The position numbers were made by a program, and so were the translations under genes. A DNA stretch of 37,875 bases from a virus (lineage: Duplodnaviria; Caudoviricetes), in the IMG/VR virus record IMGVR_UViG_3300049049_000264, positions 1-37,875 of that record; one strand, given 5' to 3'. The notes under the pieces were generated by a model. The model ran no database searches. It was not told the DNA's origin and worked only from the letters and a program-made list of their open reading frames with translations. Positions 25,246 to 35,195 of this stretch are shown in pieces. The stretch's first letter is position 1; each line of letters opens with the position of its first letter.

Positions 25246-25336
25246 CCGCCCGCCGCCTTCGCGGTGGCGGGCGGTGGCAACGCATGGCGCTTCCCGCGAG
25301 GCCCCATGCGCCGCCATCGTCGGTGCCGTCGGCACC
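25246..25336 (+). other. Three consecutive GC-rich hairpins between tail tube and tape measure genes (attenuator/stabiliser-like)
   Basis: Stems 25246-57/25263-74, 25281-87/25304-10 and 25322-27/25331-36; no U-tract. Confidence 0.55.
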
Positions 25337-25359
25337 CGTCCCCTTGAACGAGTGAACCC

Positions 25360-28152
25360 GTGGCATTCAAGCCGATTCAAATCCTGATCAACGCCAAGGA
25401 CGAAGCGTCCGCGGTGTTCGACAAGCTGCAGGCAAAAGTCGCAGCTGTGGGCGCGGCCATCCTCGGTTATTTCGGCGTCAAGGCGTTCGTCGGCGTCATC
25501 AAGGGTGCGGCCGACCTCGAGGCGGCGCTGAGCAGGGTTCAGGCCGCGACCGGCGCCAGCGCCGAGGAAATGAAGCTGCTGCGCAAGACGGCAGAAGACG
25601 CAGGCGCATCCGGCAAGTTCAGTGCCATCGAGGCCGCGGGGGCTCTCGAAAATCTTGCGAAGGCGGGCCTGAACGCCAAGGACGCGGTTAGCACTCTGCC
25701 GGCTGTCCTGAGCCTGGCCGCAGCCGGTGACATCGAGCTCGCCACTTCGGCCGAGTACATCACCAAGGCGGTCAACGGGCTCGGACTTGCGTTCACGGAT
25801 GCGGGTCGGGTGGCCGACGTGCTCGCCAAGGGCGCGAATGCCACCAACACGAGCGTGACGGGACTCGCGCAGGCGCTGAGCTACGCCGCGCCGCTGGCGA
25901 ATTCGCTGGGCTTGAGCCTCGAAGAGACGGTCGCCATCATCGGCAAATTCGCCGACGCCGGCATTGATGCAAGCCGCGCGGGTACCGCGCTCAACAGCAT
26001 CATGGCGCAGTTCAGCGACCCGGCCAGCAAGTTCCGCACGGAGCTTGCCGCTGCCGGGATCACGACGGTGGACTTCAACACCGCCCTGCGCGAACTCGGC
26101 AAGGGTGGCCCGGGCGCGAGCCGCGCCATCAACGCCGTGGGTAATGAAGCCGGCCCCGCCCTGCGTGCCTTGCTGAACCAAGGCATTGGCAAGCTGGACG
26201 AGCTCACGCGTTCGCTCAATGACTCCGAAGGAAGCGCCGCAGCGACCGCGAAGGTCATGCAGGAGAACCTGAATGGTGCGGTGAGCGGGTTGGGGCGCGC
26301 CTGGGAATATGTGACAAACACGCTGGGCACGCCCGTGCTGCCCGTGCTCCAGAAGGCGGCGGAGCAACTCGCCGGCGCGCTGCGTGCCGCGGTCAACGAC
26401 GGGACGGTCACGAAGTTCGGCAATGCCATCGCCACGGCATTCCAGGCGGCTATCAAGTGGGTGCGCGATTTCGCGGCCAGCTTCGACTTTGCCGCGGCCA
26501 CGTCGAGCGCAATGGCATTCGCCGAGCGGGTCGGTGCGACGCTGGATGATCTGGGTCGCCGGGCGAAGACGACGAGCGACGTGGTGCAAACCGCGTGGGG
26601 CGTCATGTCCAGCGGGGCCAACGTGCTCATCGGCGTCATCTTCAAGATCGCCGAATCGTTCGCGGGCGTGACCTCGAACATCCTCAGCGGTGTCTCGCTC
26701 ATCATCGAGGGCCTCTCGAAGATCACGGCCGGAAATGTCTCCGCCGCGTTCAAGCAGGCCGCCGACGATGTGCGCGACTCCGCGCAGGGGATGGCAGGAG
26801 TTACCGAGGCCTACGCCCAGCAAGCCAGTGCTGCGTTCGACCGCGCCGCCGAGGGCGCGCAATCGGCCCGTGACGGATGGAAGGCGCTCACGACCGAGGC
26901 CGATGCCGCCACGGTGGCGGCAGCCGGTGCAGAAAAGGCCTATGCCGCCATGGCCACCACGCTCCAGGCGGCGGCCGAGGCCAATGCTGCGGCGGCAGAT
27001 AAATCGCGCACCGCGGCGCTGGCCCACGCGGAGCAGGCGAAGAAGGCGCAGGAGGCGGCGGCGGCGCAGGAAGCGCTGCGCGCGGAATACGCGCAAGCCA
27101 TCGCGACCGGCAACGTTCAACGTGCCGCCGAAGTCATGGGCAAGCTGAAGGCTGCCACCGAAGCCGCAGCCGCTGCGGCTGAGAACAACACGAAGAAGCA
27201 GGAGCAGCAGGCGAAGGCCATCGAGGCCGCGTTCGCGCGCATGGGCCTGCAGACGAAGGAATCGCTGCGCATCGCGGCAGAGACGGCACGCGCCGACTTC
27301 GACCTGATCCGCGAAAGCGGACAGGCGAGTGCCGACGCCATTGCCGCGGCCTGGGCGAAAGCGGCGGATGCCGCCATCGCCGCGAACGACGGCGTGGTGC
27401 CCGCCTGGGTTGCGGCACAGGCCGCAGCCAAGGGCTACGAAGTGCAGGTCGATGAGGCGGGGCGTGCCACCTTGCAGCTCGTGCAGACGTCGGCTGCATT
27501 GAAGGGCCTCGCGGGCGGGTTCGACAGTGCAGCGAAGGCCGCGCAAAACTACGGCAAGGTGGTGGGCGGCGTGCGCGCACCAGGTGGCACCGGCCCGGGT
27601 GGCTCCGCCGGCGGCGGTTTCGGCGCGCCGGGCGTGGCCCGTGGCGGGCGCCTGCCGGATGGCACGTACCTCCGGCCCGAGGATCAGCTCGGCGTCATCG
27701 GCCCCAACCAGACGGTGAAGTCGACGCAGATGAGCGGCGAAATGCGTGGTGCGGGCACGGACCTGGGGACGCGCACCGGCATTGCGGCCTTTCTCAAGGC
27801 CGCCGGCGTGGACGACGACTCCATTGCCCGAAAGATCGCCAGCGAGTTCGCGGACTCAAAAGGCGACATCCCCTACTTCAACAACCCCGGCCAGCAGAAA
27901 TACGGCGGTGACGGCGGCACGCTCAGCATGGCGCTGCTCAAGGCGGCCGAGCAGTACACGTTCGGCACGGCCAACAGCAAGCCGCAGCAGCCGTCGACGA
28001 TCCCGAGGCCGGAATCCACACGTACCGTGCGCGTGGACCTCAACGTCAATGGCCAGAGCTTCGGGGCCCTCAACACCGACAACGCGGGCGCCGACCTGCT
28101 GCAGGACCTGCTGCAGCGCCTCGGCCAGGCGCGCAGCACTTCGGCACCCTGA
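25360..28152 (+). CDS. Tail tape measure protein (TP901-type core)
   Basis: FSAIEAAGALENLAKAGL..ADVLAKGANATNTSV..LAQALSYAAP..GIDASRAGTAL; 930 aa, Ala-rich. Confidence 0.95.
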   Translation: MAFKPIQILINAKDEASAVFDKLQAKVAAVGAAILGYFGVKAFVGVIKGAADLEAALSRVQAATGASAEEMKLLRKTAEDAGASGKFSAIEAAGALENLAKAGLNAKDAVSTLPAVLSLAAAGDIELATSAEYITKAVNGLGLAFTDAGRVADVLAKGANATNTSVTGLAQALSYAAPLANSLGLSLEETVAIIGKFADAGIDASRAGTALNSIMAQFSDPASKFRTELAAAGITTVDFNTALRELGKGGPGASRAINAVGNEAGPALRALLNQGIGKLDELTRSLNDSEGSAAATAKVMQENLNGAVSGLGRAWEYVTNTLGTPVLPVLQKAAEQLAGALRAAVNDGTVTKFGNAIATAFQAAIKWVRDFAASFDFAAATSSAMAFAERVGATLDDLGRRAKTTSDVVQTAWGVMSSGANVLIGVIFKIAESFAGVTSNILSGVSLIIEGLSKITAGNVSAAFKQAADDVRDSAQGMAGVTEAYAQQASAAFDRAAEGAQSARDGWKALTTEADAATVAAAGAEKAYAAMATTLQAAAEANAAAADKSRTAALAHAEQAKKAQEAAAAQEALRAEYAQAIATGNVQRAAEVMGKLKAATEAAAAAAENNTKKQEQQAKAIEAAFARMGLQTKESLRIAAETARADFDLIRESGQASADAIAAAWAKAADAAIAANDGVVPAWVAAQAAAKGYEVQVDEAGRATLQLVQTSAALKGLAGGFDSAAKAAQNYGKVVGGVRAPGGTGPGGSAGGGFGAPGVARGGRLPDGTYLRPEDQLGVIGPNQTVKSTQMSGEMRGAGTDLGTRTGIAAFLKAAGVDDDSIARKIASEFADSKGDIPYFNNPGQQKYGGDGGTLSMALLKAAEQYTFGTANSKPQQPSTIPRPESTRTVRVDLNVNGQSFGALNTDNAGADLLQDLLQRLGQARSTSAP

Positions 28153-28153
28153 C

Positions 28154-28552
28154 ATGGCAACCACCACCTTCCACACCTTGGGTGCTCTCCAGCTGCCCCG
28201 CGGCATGGTCTGGGACGACGAATTTGCCTGGAGCGCAGTGCAGAAGTCGGCCGAGTACTCCGTCACTGGGGCCTTGCTTGTCGACGCGGCCGTCAAGCAG
28301 GCCGGCAGGCCCATCACGCTGCGCGGTGATGCGACCGCGGGCTGGATCCGCCGCAGCGTCGTGGAAGCGCTGCGGGCGCTCGCCGCAGCTGACCCGGTGG
28401 GCGAACACCTGCTGACGCTGGCCGATGGCCGCATGTTCACCGTGCAGTTCGCACCGGTGGACAAGCCCATCGAGGCCGAACCCATCGCGCGCCCGGAGCT
28501 TCCCCCCGACACGTTCCCTTATGTCGCCACCGTGCGATTGATCGAGGTCTGA
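28154..28552 (+). CDS. Distal tail protein-like
   Basis: LPRGMVWDDEFAWSAV.KS.EYSVTGALLV..GRPITL; follows the tape measure gene. Confidence 0.75.
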   Translation: MATTTFHTLGALQLPRGMVWDDEFAWSAVQKSAEYSVTGALLVDAAVKQAGRPITLRGDATAGWIRRSVVEALRALAAADPVGEHLLTLADGRMFTVQFAPVDKPIEAEPIARPELPPDTFPYVATVRLIEV

Positions 28553-28555
28553 CAA

Positions 28556-30595
28556 ATGGCAATTCTCAAAGGCGACGTGAAGCTGGTGAAAAGCCAGGTC
28601 ATGGACGATGTTCCCGAAGGCGGCGGCGGGCCCACGGCCATCGAGGTAATCGACGGCGAAAGCAATGGCATCTTCCCCGACGTGTCCGAGTCGGACCGCG
28701 CGGCCGGGCGCGTCTCTGCGCGCAAGGTGCACCTGTGGGTGCAGTCCGCTGACACCGACACCTACCTCGGCGCCAACGTCATCGTGGCCGAGCCTCCGAA
28801 CGACCCGAACGTGTCGGTCACCATCATGACCACCAACGACACGTTCGACCTTCGCACGGCGGCGATTTCGCGCATCGAGGCGTACCTGTCCGTGGGCTCG
28901 AACTACGCGGGCTTCCTGTTCGGTAACCACATCACCGGCATGAAGACGCTCACGATCTTCCAGCGCACCGACGACACGCCGCCCATCGGCGGGACGATGG
29001 CGCTGACGAGGCGCGAAGGCCTCGCCGACCAACTCATCCAATACGTTCGCATCACAGAAGCCAAGGTGGCGCTGCAGACCTTTACTGATGCGTCGGGCGA
29101 TTTCCAGCGCTGGGTCCTCGATCTGAAGATCAGCGACCCGCTGCGCGGGGACTTCCCGGGCTTCGACGTCACGCGCATCGACCCGACGAAAGCGCAGATG
29201 GCCGCGGCCACGAAGGTCAGCAACGTCATCGTGGCCGACGCGGCGAAGTACTCCAGCGTCAAGCCGCTGCAGGTGGCGGCCAACCTCGGTGACTTCAGCG
29301 TGAAGGCCGAAGACATCTTCACGCAGCTCGTGCCCAGCGCCCAGGTCGAGACGCCGATTGCGGACGCGCGCACCAACCAGCTGATGAACGGCGTGGTGTC
29401 GGGCGGCGGCGCCGTGACCATCGGCTACACCGCCGTCTTCACGACCACACAGAATCTCTTCGTGGGCGGCGCCATCAAGCCGAACACGTTCTCGATCTCC
29501 AGCGGCGCCGTGACGCTGACCGACAGCGGCGGCCGGCTGATGAATGCCGGCAGCCAGGTGGGCACCATCGACTATGAGAACGGCGTGCTGGCGCTACTCA
29601 CCAACGTGTTCGGCACCGGTTCAGCAACCTTCAGCATCCTCTACCAGCCCGCGCAGGCCGTCGAGGCGGTCTCGCAGACGCAAGGTTTCGAGGTCACCGC
29701 CGAAACGCGCTCGCTTTCCTATGTGCGCACCATCGAGCCGCCGCCGGTGCCCGGTACGCTGTCGATCGCCTACCAGTACGCGAGCCGCTGGTATGTGCTG
29801 CGCGACGACGGCTCGGGCGCCATCCGCGGCCCGGACAGCGGCTACGGCGCGGGACAGGTGAACGGCACCACGGGCACCGTGTCGGTGACCCTGGGCGCGC
29901 TCCCCGATGTCGGCAGCGACGTGATCTACCAGTGGGTGGAGCCGAAGGCTGCGCAGGATTCGTCGGTGCTCACGCTCGACAACAACGGACGGCTCTACTG
30001 GCCATTCAACACCAGCGGCGTCTCGAGCATCGAGGCTGGCGCCAAGGCCATCGAGCCGGGCGGCTTGACTATCGCCTGGAACGACGGCACGCCGCGAACC
30101 GTGATCGATGACGGGGCCGGCAATCTCACCGGCGACGGCACCGGCACGGTGAACTATGCCAAGGGCTATTTCCGGCTGAGCCCGGCGGCGCTGCCGCCAC
30201 CCGGCACGGTCATCAACGTCACCGTGTCGTCCATCACAAAGGTGCCGGCGACTGCGACCGTGGCTTCTGGTGCCGGCAGCTTCGGCGTGACCGGCATCAC
30301 GCCGGGATCGATTGACATGGTCGTCACCGGGCAGCTGAAGGGCGTGCGCGGCGCGGATCCCGTCGTGAACTGGGGCGACCCGGCCAGCTACCGAATCGTC
30401 GACGACGGCGCCGGCCACCTCATGGTGATGCTCGCGGACACCCTGCTGCAGGTGGGCACCGTCGACTACGCGGCGGGCACCTTCACGCTCACGGGCACCA
30501 CGGTGATCCCGCAGGCCACTGCCGCGCTGCTCACGGCGTGGGACAACATTTTTCTGTACGAGGCTGGCTTCGTGATGGATATCGCAGTCGCATAA
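28556..30595 (+). CDS. Tail tip/structural protein (part 1)
   Basis: 679-aa beta-rich ORF with repeated D.G.G.L..G.G.(I/V)DY..G units. Confidence 0.75.
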   Translation: MAILKGDVKLVKSQVMDDVPEGGGGPTAIEVIDGESNGIFPDVSESDRAAGRVSARKVHLWVQSADTDTYLGANVIVAEPPNDPNVSVTIMTTNDTFDLRTAAISRIEAYLSVGSNYAGFLFGNHITGMKTLTIFQRTDDTPPIGGTMALTRREGLADQLIQYVRITEAKVALQTFTDASGDFQRWVLDLKISDPLRGDFPGFDVTRIDPTKAQMAAATKVSNVIVADAAKYSSVKPLQVAANLGDFSVKAEDIFTQLVPSAQVETPIADARTNQLMNGVVSGGGAVTIGYTAVFTTTQNLFVGGAIKPNTFSISSGAVTLTDSGGRLMNAGSQVGTIDYENGVLALLTNVFGTGSATFSILYQPAQAVEAVSQTQGFEVTAETRSLSYVRTIEPPPVPGTLSIAYQYASRWYVLRDDGSGAIRGPDSGYGAGQVNGTTGTVSVTLGALPDVGSDVIYQWVEPKAAQDSSVLTLDNNGRLYWPFNTSGVSSIEAGAKAIEPGGLTIAWNDGTPRTVIDDGAGNLTGDGTGTVNYAKGYFRLSPAALPPPGTVINVTVSSITKVPATATVASGAGSFGVTGITPGSIDMVVTGQLKGVRGADPVVNWGDPASYRIVDDGAGHLMVMLADTLLQVGTVDYAAGTFTLTGTTVIPQATAALLTAWDNIFLYEAGFVMDIAVA

Positions 30596-30602
30596 GGCAA
30601 CC

Positions 30603-32243
30603 ATGGCAAATGTCACACTGAACACGCCACCGTCTACCGGGGCCTACAAGCTCAAGAAGCGCGCGTATCTTGATCCGACGATTTTCAACAGCACCGTTCT
30701 GTCCCTCAGCCTGGCAGGCGTGAGCTCGGCCACGGGCACGGTCGCCACCGCGGCCGCTGGTAGTCAAAGCCTGTCTGGTGACATGGACGCGCTGCGCCTG
30801 AAGACGAACCTGGCCAATGCGTTTTCGCTGTCGGGCGTGAGCTTCAGCGCGAATGGCAAGAAGTACATGTCGAAGGCCAGCGGCGACCTGCAGGTCGACC
30901 TCTCGCCGGTCACGGGTGTCGGCACGTCGGTGGGCACGCTGACGCCGGGCCAAGGCGAAGTCGTCCTGAACTCCTGGGAGGCTGGCGGTTCGCCCGTGGT
31001 GAGCGACTGGCGCGGGGTGGCGAGCCCGCCGGTGAACGGCGCGTTCACGCCCTACAACACCTATGCGGTGGTGTTCCGCCTCGCCACCGCACCGATTCGC
31101 ACCGGCAGTTTCAGCGTCCTCGGCACGATGGCCGATGGCACGACTTTCAACTACTCGGCCGACAGCGACGGAATCATCAACGCGCCGCGCATCAAGGGGC
31201 GCATCAACTACACCACGGGCGTTGTGAAGCTGGTCGGCGTGTCGCCCACAGCTCCAGCCGGCGTCATCAAACAGGACCTGTCGTGGCTGAATATCCCGGG
31301 CGTGATCGACGGCTACATAGACCTGATCCGCCAAGAGACGCTGCGCTACAACGCGGTGGCGTTCACCTACCTGCCGCTCGACGCCGACCTACTCGGCATC
31401 GACCCGGTGCGCCTGCCGAGCGACGGCCGCGTGCCGGTCTTCCGCGAAGGCGAGCTTGCTGTCGTCGGCCATACGGCGACCACGGCGCCCGCGACGGCGG
31501 TGGTCGGCGTTCCGATCAGCGCGGGGCGCACGAGGCTGTCACGGCTCCGCCTGATAGGCAACGATGGCCATGTGATCCAGACCGGTTACACCGAAGACCT
31601 GGAAGCGGGTACGGCCACGCCCACGGACGTCACAGGCTGGTCTCAGCCCGCGCACATGGAGCACCGCATCGAAGACATGGCGCTCATTCGTGAGGCGCAG
31701 ATCGACGGCACGATCACGTTCACGCGGCAGCTCACGCATAACTACCCGTTAGGTTCCTTCGTCTCGAGCGCGCTGCGCGCCGGTGACCTGAAGGCACGCA
31801 TGTCGCTGATGTTCGACCAGGCGACATGGGACGGCGTGACGTTCTCGGATGTGCTCAGCGGCTCGGCCGCGCCCGGCACCTACAACGTCAGCGGTTTTCC
31901 GATGGTCTTGACCAATGCCGGCGCCATGACAGAGCGCTGGGCGCTTCGGTTCAAGACAACTCAGACGTTCGACATCATTGGCGAGCACGTAGGCAACATC
32001 GGCGAGGGGTCGATCAATACGGTCACTGCACCGATCAACCCCGCCACGGGCGTGCCGTATTTCACGCTGCCCGTCGAAGGGTGGGGCGGCGGCTGGGCCA
32101 TCGGCAACGTGGTACGCCACAACACCGTCGGCGCCATGTTCCCTTTCTGGCTTATCCGCACGGTCCAACAGGGGCCCGAGGCGGCCGCCGACTACTCGTT
32201 CCTGACCATCGTCCGCGGCGACGTGGACAACCCCATCGCTTAA
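30603..32243 (+). CDS. Tail tip/structural protein (part 2)
   Basis: LPLDADLLGIDPVRLPSDGRVPVFR..TERWAL.F..PINPATGVPYF..GWGGGW; synteny. Confidence 0.75.
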   Translation: MANVTLNTPPSTGAYKLKKRAYLDPTIFNSTVLSLSLAGVSSATGTVATAAAGSQSLSGDMDALRLKTNLANAFSLSGVSFSANGKKYMSKASGDLQVDLSPVTGVGTSVGTLTPGQGEVVLNSWEAGGSPVVSDWRGVASPPVNGAFTPYNTYAVVFRLATAPIRTGSFSVLGTMADGTTFNYSADSDGIINAPRIKGRINYTTGVVKLVGVSPTAPAGVIKQDLSWLNIPGVIDGYIDLIRQETLRYNAVAFTYLPLDADLLGIDPVRLPSDGRVPVFREGELAVVGHTATTAPATAVVGVPISAGRTRLSRLRLIGNDGHVIQTGYTEDLEAGTATPTDVTGWSQPAHMEHRIEDMALIREAQIDGTITFTRQLTHNYPLGSFVSSALRAGDLKARMSLMFDQATWDGVTFSDVLSGSAAPGTYNVSGFPMVLTNAGAMTERWALRFKTTQTFDIIGEHVGNIGEGSINTVTAPINPATGVPYFTLPVEGWGGGWAIGNVVRHNTVGAMFPFWLIRTVQQGPEAAADYSFLTIVRGDVDNPIA

Positions 32244-32252
32244 GGCACAGCA

Positions 32253-33470
32253 ATGACTTCTCCCGTCGATACCAGCGTCAAATTCTTCACCAGCCAGATG
32301 GTCGGTGCACCCGTTTGGAACGGCGTCTCGGGCTCGACCATTGGGCTGCTCGATGCTTGCCTCAAGGACGGGTTCGACCTCAAGACGCTGAGTTCGCTCA
32401 CGGTTGCCAGTGGCGTGGCGACAGCCGTATGGACGGGATCGCATTCATCGCAGGTTGACACCGTTGTGCTCATCGCAGGTGTGACGGGCGGCCCTACAGG
32501 GTTTGCGGGCATGAATGGCGAGCAGAAGGTGGTGACCAAACCGACCTCTACCTCGCTCACTTTCGCAACAACGCTGCCGGATGGCACCTACACCGGCACC
32601 ATCACCATGAAGATGGCGCCGCTCGGTTGGCTCAAGCCTTTCAGCGGCACGAACAAGGCCGTGTACAAGTCGAGCGACGTGACGAGCACCGGATGCTTCT
32701 TGCGCGTCGATGACGCTGGCACCACGACCTGCCGTGTGCGCGGCTATGTGTCGATGACCGATGTCGACACGGGCCTAGAACCTTTTCCCACCGACGCGCA
32801 GATGTCGGGCGGTGGCTACTGGGGCAAGAGCGGCGTGGCCAATGCTGTGGCGACCCAATGGGTGCTGTACGGCGACGGCAAGATTTTCTATCTGTTCAAT
32901 GCGCCGTCGTATTCGACGAATGCTACGCAGTTTGGAGGCATAACTCGGTTTTTTGGTGACCCGATTGCCTTCAAGCCTTCGGGCGACGCCTATTGCTGTG
33001 CGCTGTCGTACTCCATCCAAAGCAGTGTGACGAGCGCGGTTGACGGGGCGCTCGATTCCAGCGGCAACGTACCCCAGATTGCGACGCCTCGGAACCATAC
33101 AGGTCTTGGAAGCGCGGTGCTCTACGGAAAGACGCCGGCTGGTAACACCACTGCGAGTGCGTCCGGCCTCGACTCCACCTATGGGGTATTTCCGGGCGGA
33201 CAGGTCGACGGAGCTTTGCGACTGGTGAAAGTTGACCTGAAAACGGCGGCATCGAATGTTGGGCCGCGCGCCGAATTCCCTGGCGTCTACCACGCACCAC
33301 ATTCCAACGTTTTCGATACGTTCAAGACGTTCGATACGACACCCGGCAGTGGTTCGCTCACCGGTCGCACCGTCATGGCATTGACCAACATCAATACGAC
33401 GACGAGCACGATCCCTTCCTCGTCGAGTTGCGGCGCTGCGTTCTTCGACAAGACGGGCCCCTGGCGCTAA
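32253..33470 (+). CDS. Tail fibre/accessory tail protein
   Basis: VKFFTS.M.GAP..G..GS.I.LLDACL.DGF..PLGW.KPF; Thr/Ser/Gly-rich. Confidence 0.7.
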   Translation: MTSPVDTSVKFFTSQMVGAPVWNGVSGSTIGLLDACLKDGFDLKTLSSLTVASGVATAVWTGSHSSQVDTVVLIAGVTGGPTGFAGMNGEQKVVTKPTSTSLTFATTLPDGTYTGTITMKMAPLGWLKPFSGTNKAVYKSSDVTSTGCFLRVDDAGTTTCRVRGYVSMTDVDTGLEPFPTDAQMSGGGYWGKSGVANAVATQWVLYGDGKIFYLFNAPSYSTNATQFGGITRFFGDPIAFKPSGDAYCCALSYSIQSSVTSAVDGALDSSGNVPQIATPRNHTGLGSAVLYGKTPAGNTTASASGLDSTYGVFPGGQVDGALRLVKVDLKTAASNVGPRAEFPGVYHAPHSNVFDTFKTFDTTPGSGSLTGRTVMALTNINTTTSTIPSSSSCGAAFFDKTGPWR

Positions 33471-33476
33471 ACCGAC

Positions 33477-34811
33477 ATGGCCGCACATCGTTACTGGCGG
33501 GTTGTGTACCCTGAGTCCCGGGGGGCGGGCGCGCTCTCAATCAGCGAATTTCATTTGTTGCTTAACACTGCGCGGGTCGACGCCGCTGCGACCCTGACAT
33601 GCAATGTGGCGCCAACGGCAGGCGCGCTCGCGAACCTCAAAGACGATGACACCGCGTCGGATGCCACTTGGTCGGCGGGCCTGGTGCGCGGCCTCGTGCT
33701 GAACTGGGACTTCGGCGGCAGTCCGCAGGACGTGACTGATATCCGCGTGGGCAGTGCCGACAGCGCAGCGACGATGCTTTATTCCATGCGGCTGCAAAGC
33801 TCAGACGATGCGATCGCATGGACTGACGAGCTGCAGGTCTTCGCGATCACCTACCCGGGCGCGCGCTCCAAGACGGCCAGCGAATTGCGCGGGCTCTGGA
33901 ATCAGTACGACACGAACCCGAACCAAGCCGTGCAGGTCGGAAAGCAAACGGTTGTGTGGTGGGGCGGGTTAACTCGCGCATCGACGCCGCGTTCGGCAGG
34001 CGTCCTTCAGTTCGAGATGCAGCTGGCGGGCGGATCAGGCTTTGGTGGGGCGTTCGGAGTCGCAGACATTGTTGCGCCGCTGGGTGCCAGTCTCGGTAGT
34101 TCGCCCACGGGGTACAGCGTTGGTTATGTGAACACCGGGGCAAAGGCTGTGGTTGGCTCACAGACAGCCTACGGCGCCAATTGGGTGCTAGGCGATGTAG
34201 TCGGCACCGTCTGCGACTTCACGGCGGGCACTGTGACGTTCTACAAGAACGGGGTCAGTCAGGGCGTCGCCGCGTCGACGTTGGCAGGCAAGACGGTCTA
34301 TCCGGCTTCGGGGTCGACAAACAACTCGGGCGCCATCATCACGCTGCGGCCGGCGAATTTCACTTTCCCGATTGCCGGTGCCGCGGCTTGGGATGATCGG
34401 ACCGTCATCAAGACCGATCTTTTTGGCCGGGCGCAAGGGATCGGCACGCAACTGGTCAACACGGCTGCAGGCCTGAGTTCCTACAAAGCACAAGGCGTCA
34501 CGATCCCGCGCATGCGCCGGGACATGAACTGGAACTACATCGGTCAGGGCATCGGCCGGTTGAAGGGCACAACCAAAGACAAGGGCACACCAAACGTGCC
34601 GGTCTCGGAGCGTGTGCGCCTGTACCGCCAGAAAGACGGAATGCTCATGCGCGAGGTGTTCAGCACGCCCGGCACCGGCGCGTATTCGTTCGACTACATC
34701 GATGAGCTCGATGTCTATTTCGTCGTCAGCTTCGACCACGACCTCAACTTCCGTGCGGTGATCGCGGACAACCTGACGCTCGCGAATGGCGGCGTGGAGT
34801 TGATCGCATGA
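33477..34811 (+). CDS. Putative receptor-binding tail protein (discoidin-like + SPRY/B30.2 + C-terminal beta-sandwich)
   Basis: HRYWRV..LQSSDD...W; SPRY pattern GDVVGTVCDFTAGTVTFYKNGVSQG..YPA; C-terminal VRLYRQ.DG..GAYSF. Confidence 0.7.
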   Translation: MAAHRYWRVVYPESRGAGALSISEFHLLLNTARVDAAATLTCNVAPTAGALANLKDDDTASDATWSAGLVRGLVLNWDFGGSPQDVTDIRVGSADSAATMLYSMRLQSSDDAIAWTDELQVFAITYPGARSKTASELRGLWNQYDTNPNQAVQVGKQTVVWWGGLTRASTPRSAGVLQFEMQLAGGSGFGGAFGVADIVAPLGASLGSSPTGYSVGYVNTGAKAVVGSQTAYGANWVLGDVVGTVCDFTAGTVTFYKNGVSQGVAASTLAGKTVYPASGSTNNSGAIITLRPANFTFPIAGAAAWDDRTVIKTDLFGRAQGIGTQLVNTAAGLSSYKAQGVTIPRMRRDMNWNYIGQGIGRLKGTTKDKGTPNVPVSERVRLYRQKDGMLMREVFSTPGTGAYSFDYIDELDVYFVVSFDHDLNFRAVIADNLTLANGGVELIA

Positions 34812-35194
34812 CGTTCGTCGCAACTCAGGCGCTCAACGACGCCATGCTAGTGGGTGGCGTTGACAGCGCGCTGGATGATCACCCGACGAATCACGCCTAC
34901 GCCAACATTTTTGACGGCTCGGCTGTGGCACTGGTGACCATGGTTTTCGCAAAGCCTGCGGCGGCGCTGCTCGCACACGAGCTCGTGTTCGCGCAGGACA
35001 ACGCGTCAGGTGATTTCATTCCGACCCAGGGCAACGCTGCCGCCTTCGAGCTTTACAGCGGCGCAGGCGTGCTGCTGGGCATCGGCGACGTGACCGACAT
35101 GACCGGCAGTGGCGCGCTGAAGGTTTCGGGCACAACGGGCACGCTGCTCTTTGCTGGCGCGCGCGCGATCCTCGGCGAGATGAAGTTCGTCTAA
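34808..35194 (+). CDS. Tail-associated protein (128 aa)
   Basis: ATGA coupling; G.VTD..G.G.LK motif; synteny. Confidence 0.7.
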   Translation: MTFVATQALNDAMLVGGVDSALDDHPTNHAYANIFDGSAVALVTMVFAKPAAALLAHELVFAQDNASGDFIPTQGNAAAFELYSGAGVLLGIGDVTDMTGSGALKVSGTTGTLLFAGARAILGEMKFV

Positions 35195-35195
35195 C

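Noticed and set aside
25240-25347. Short ORF MRPPAAFAVAGGG.. as a tail chaperone
   Set aside because: Only 35 codons, no RBS, and composition dictated by the hairpins
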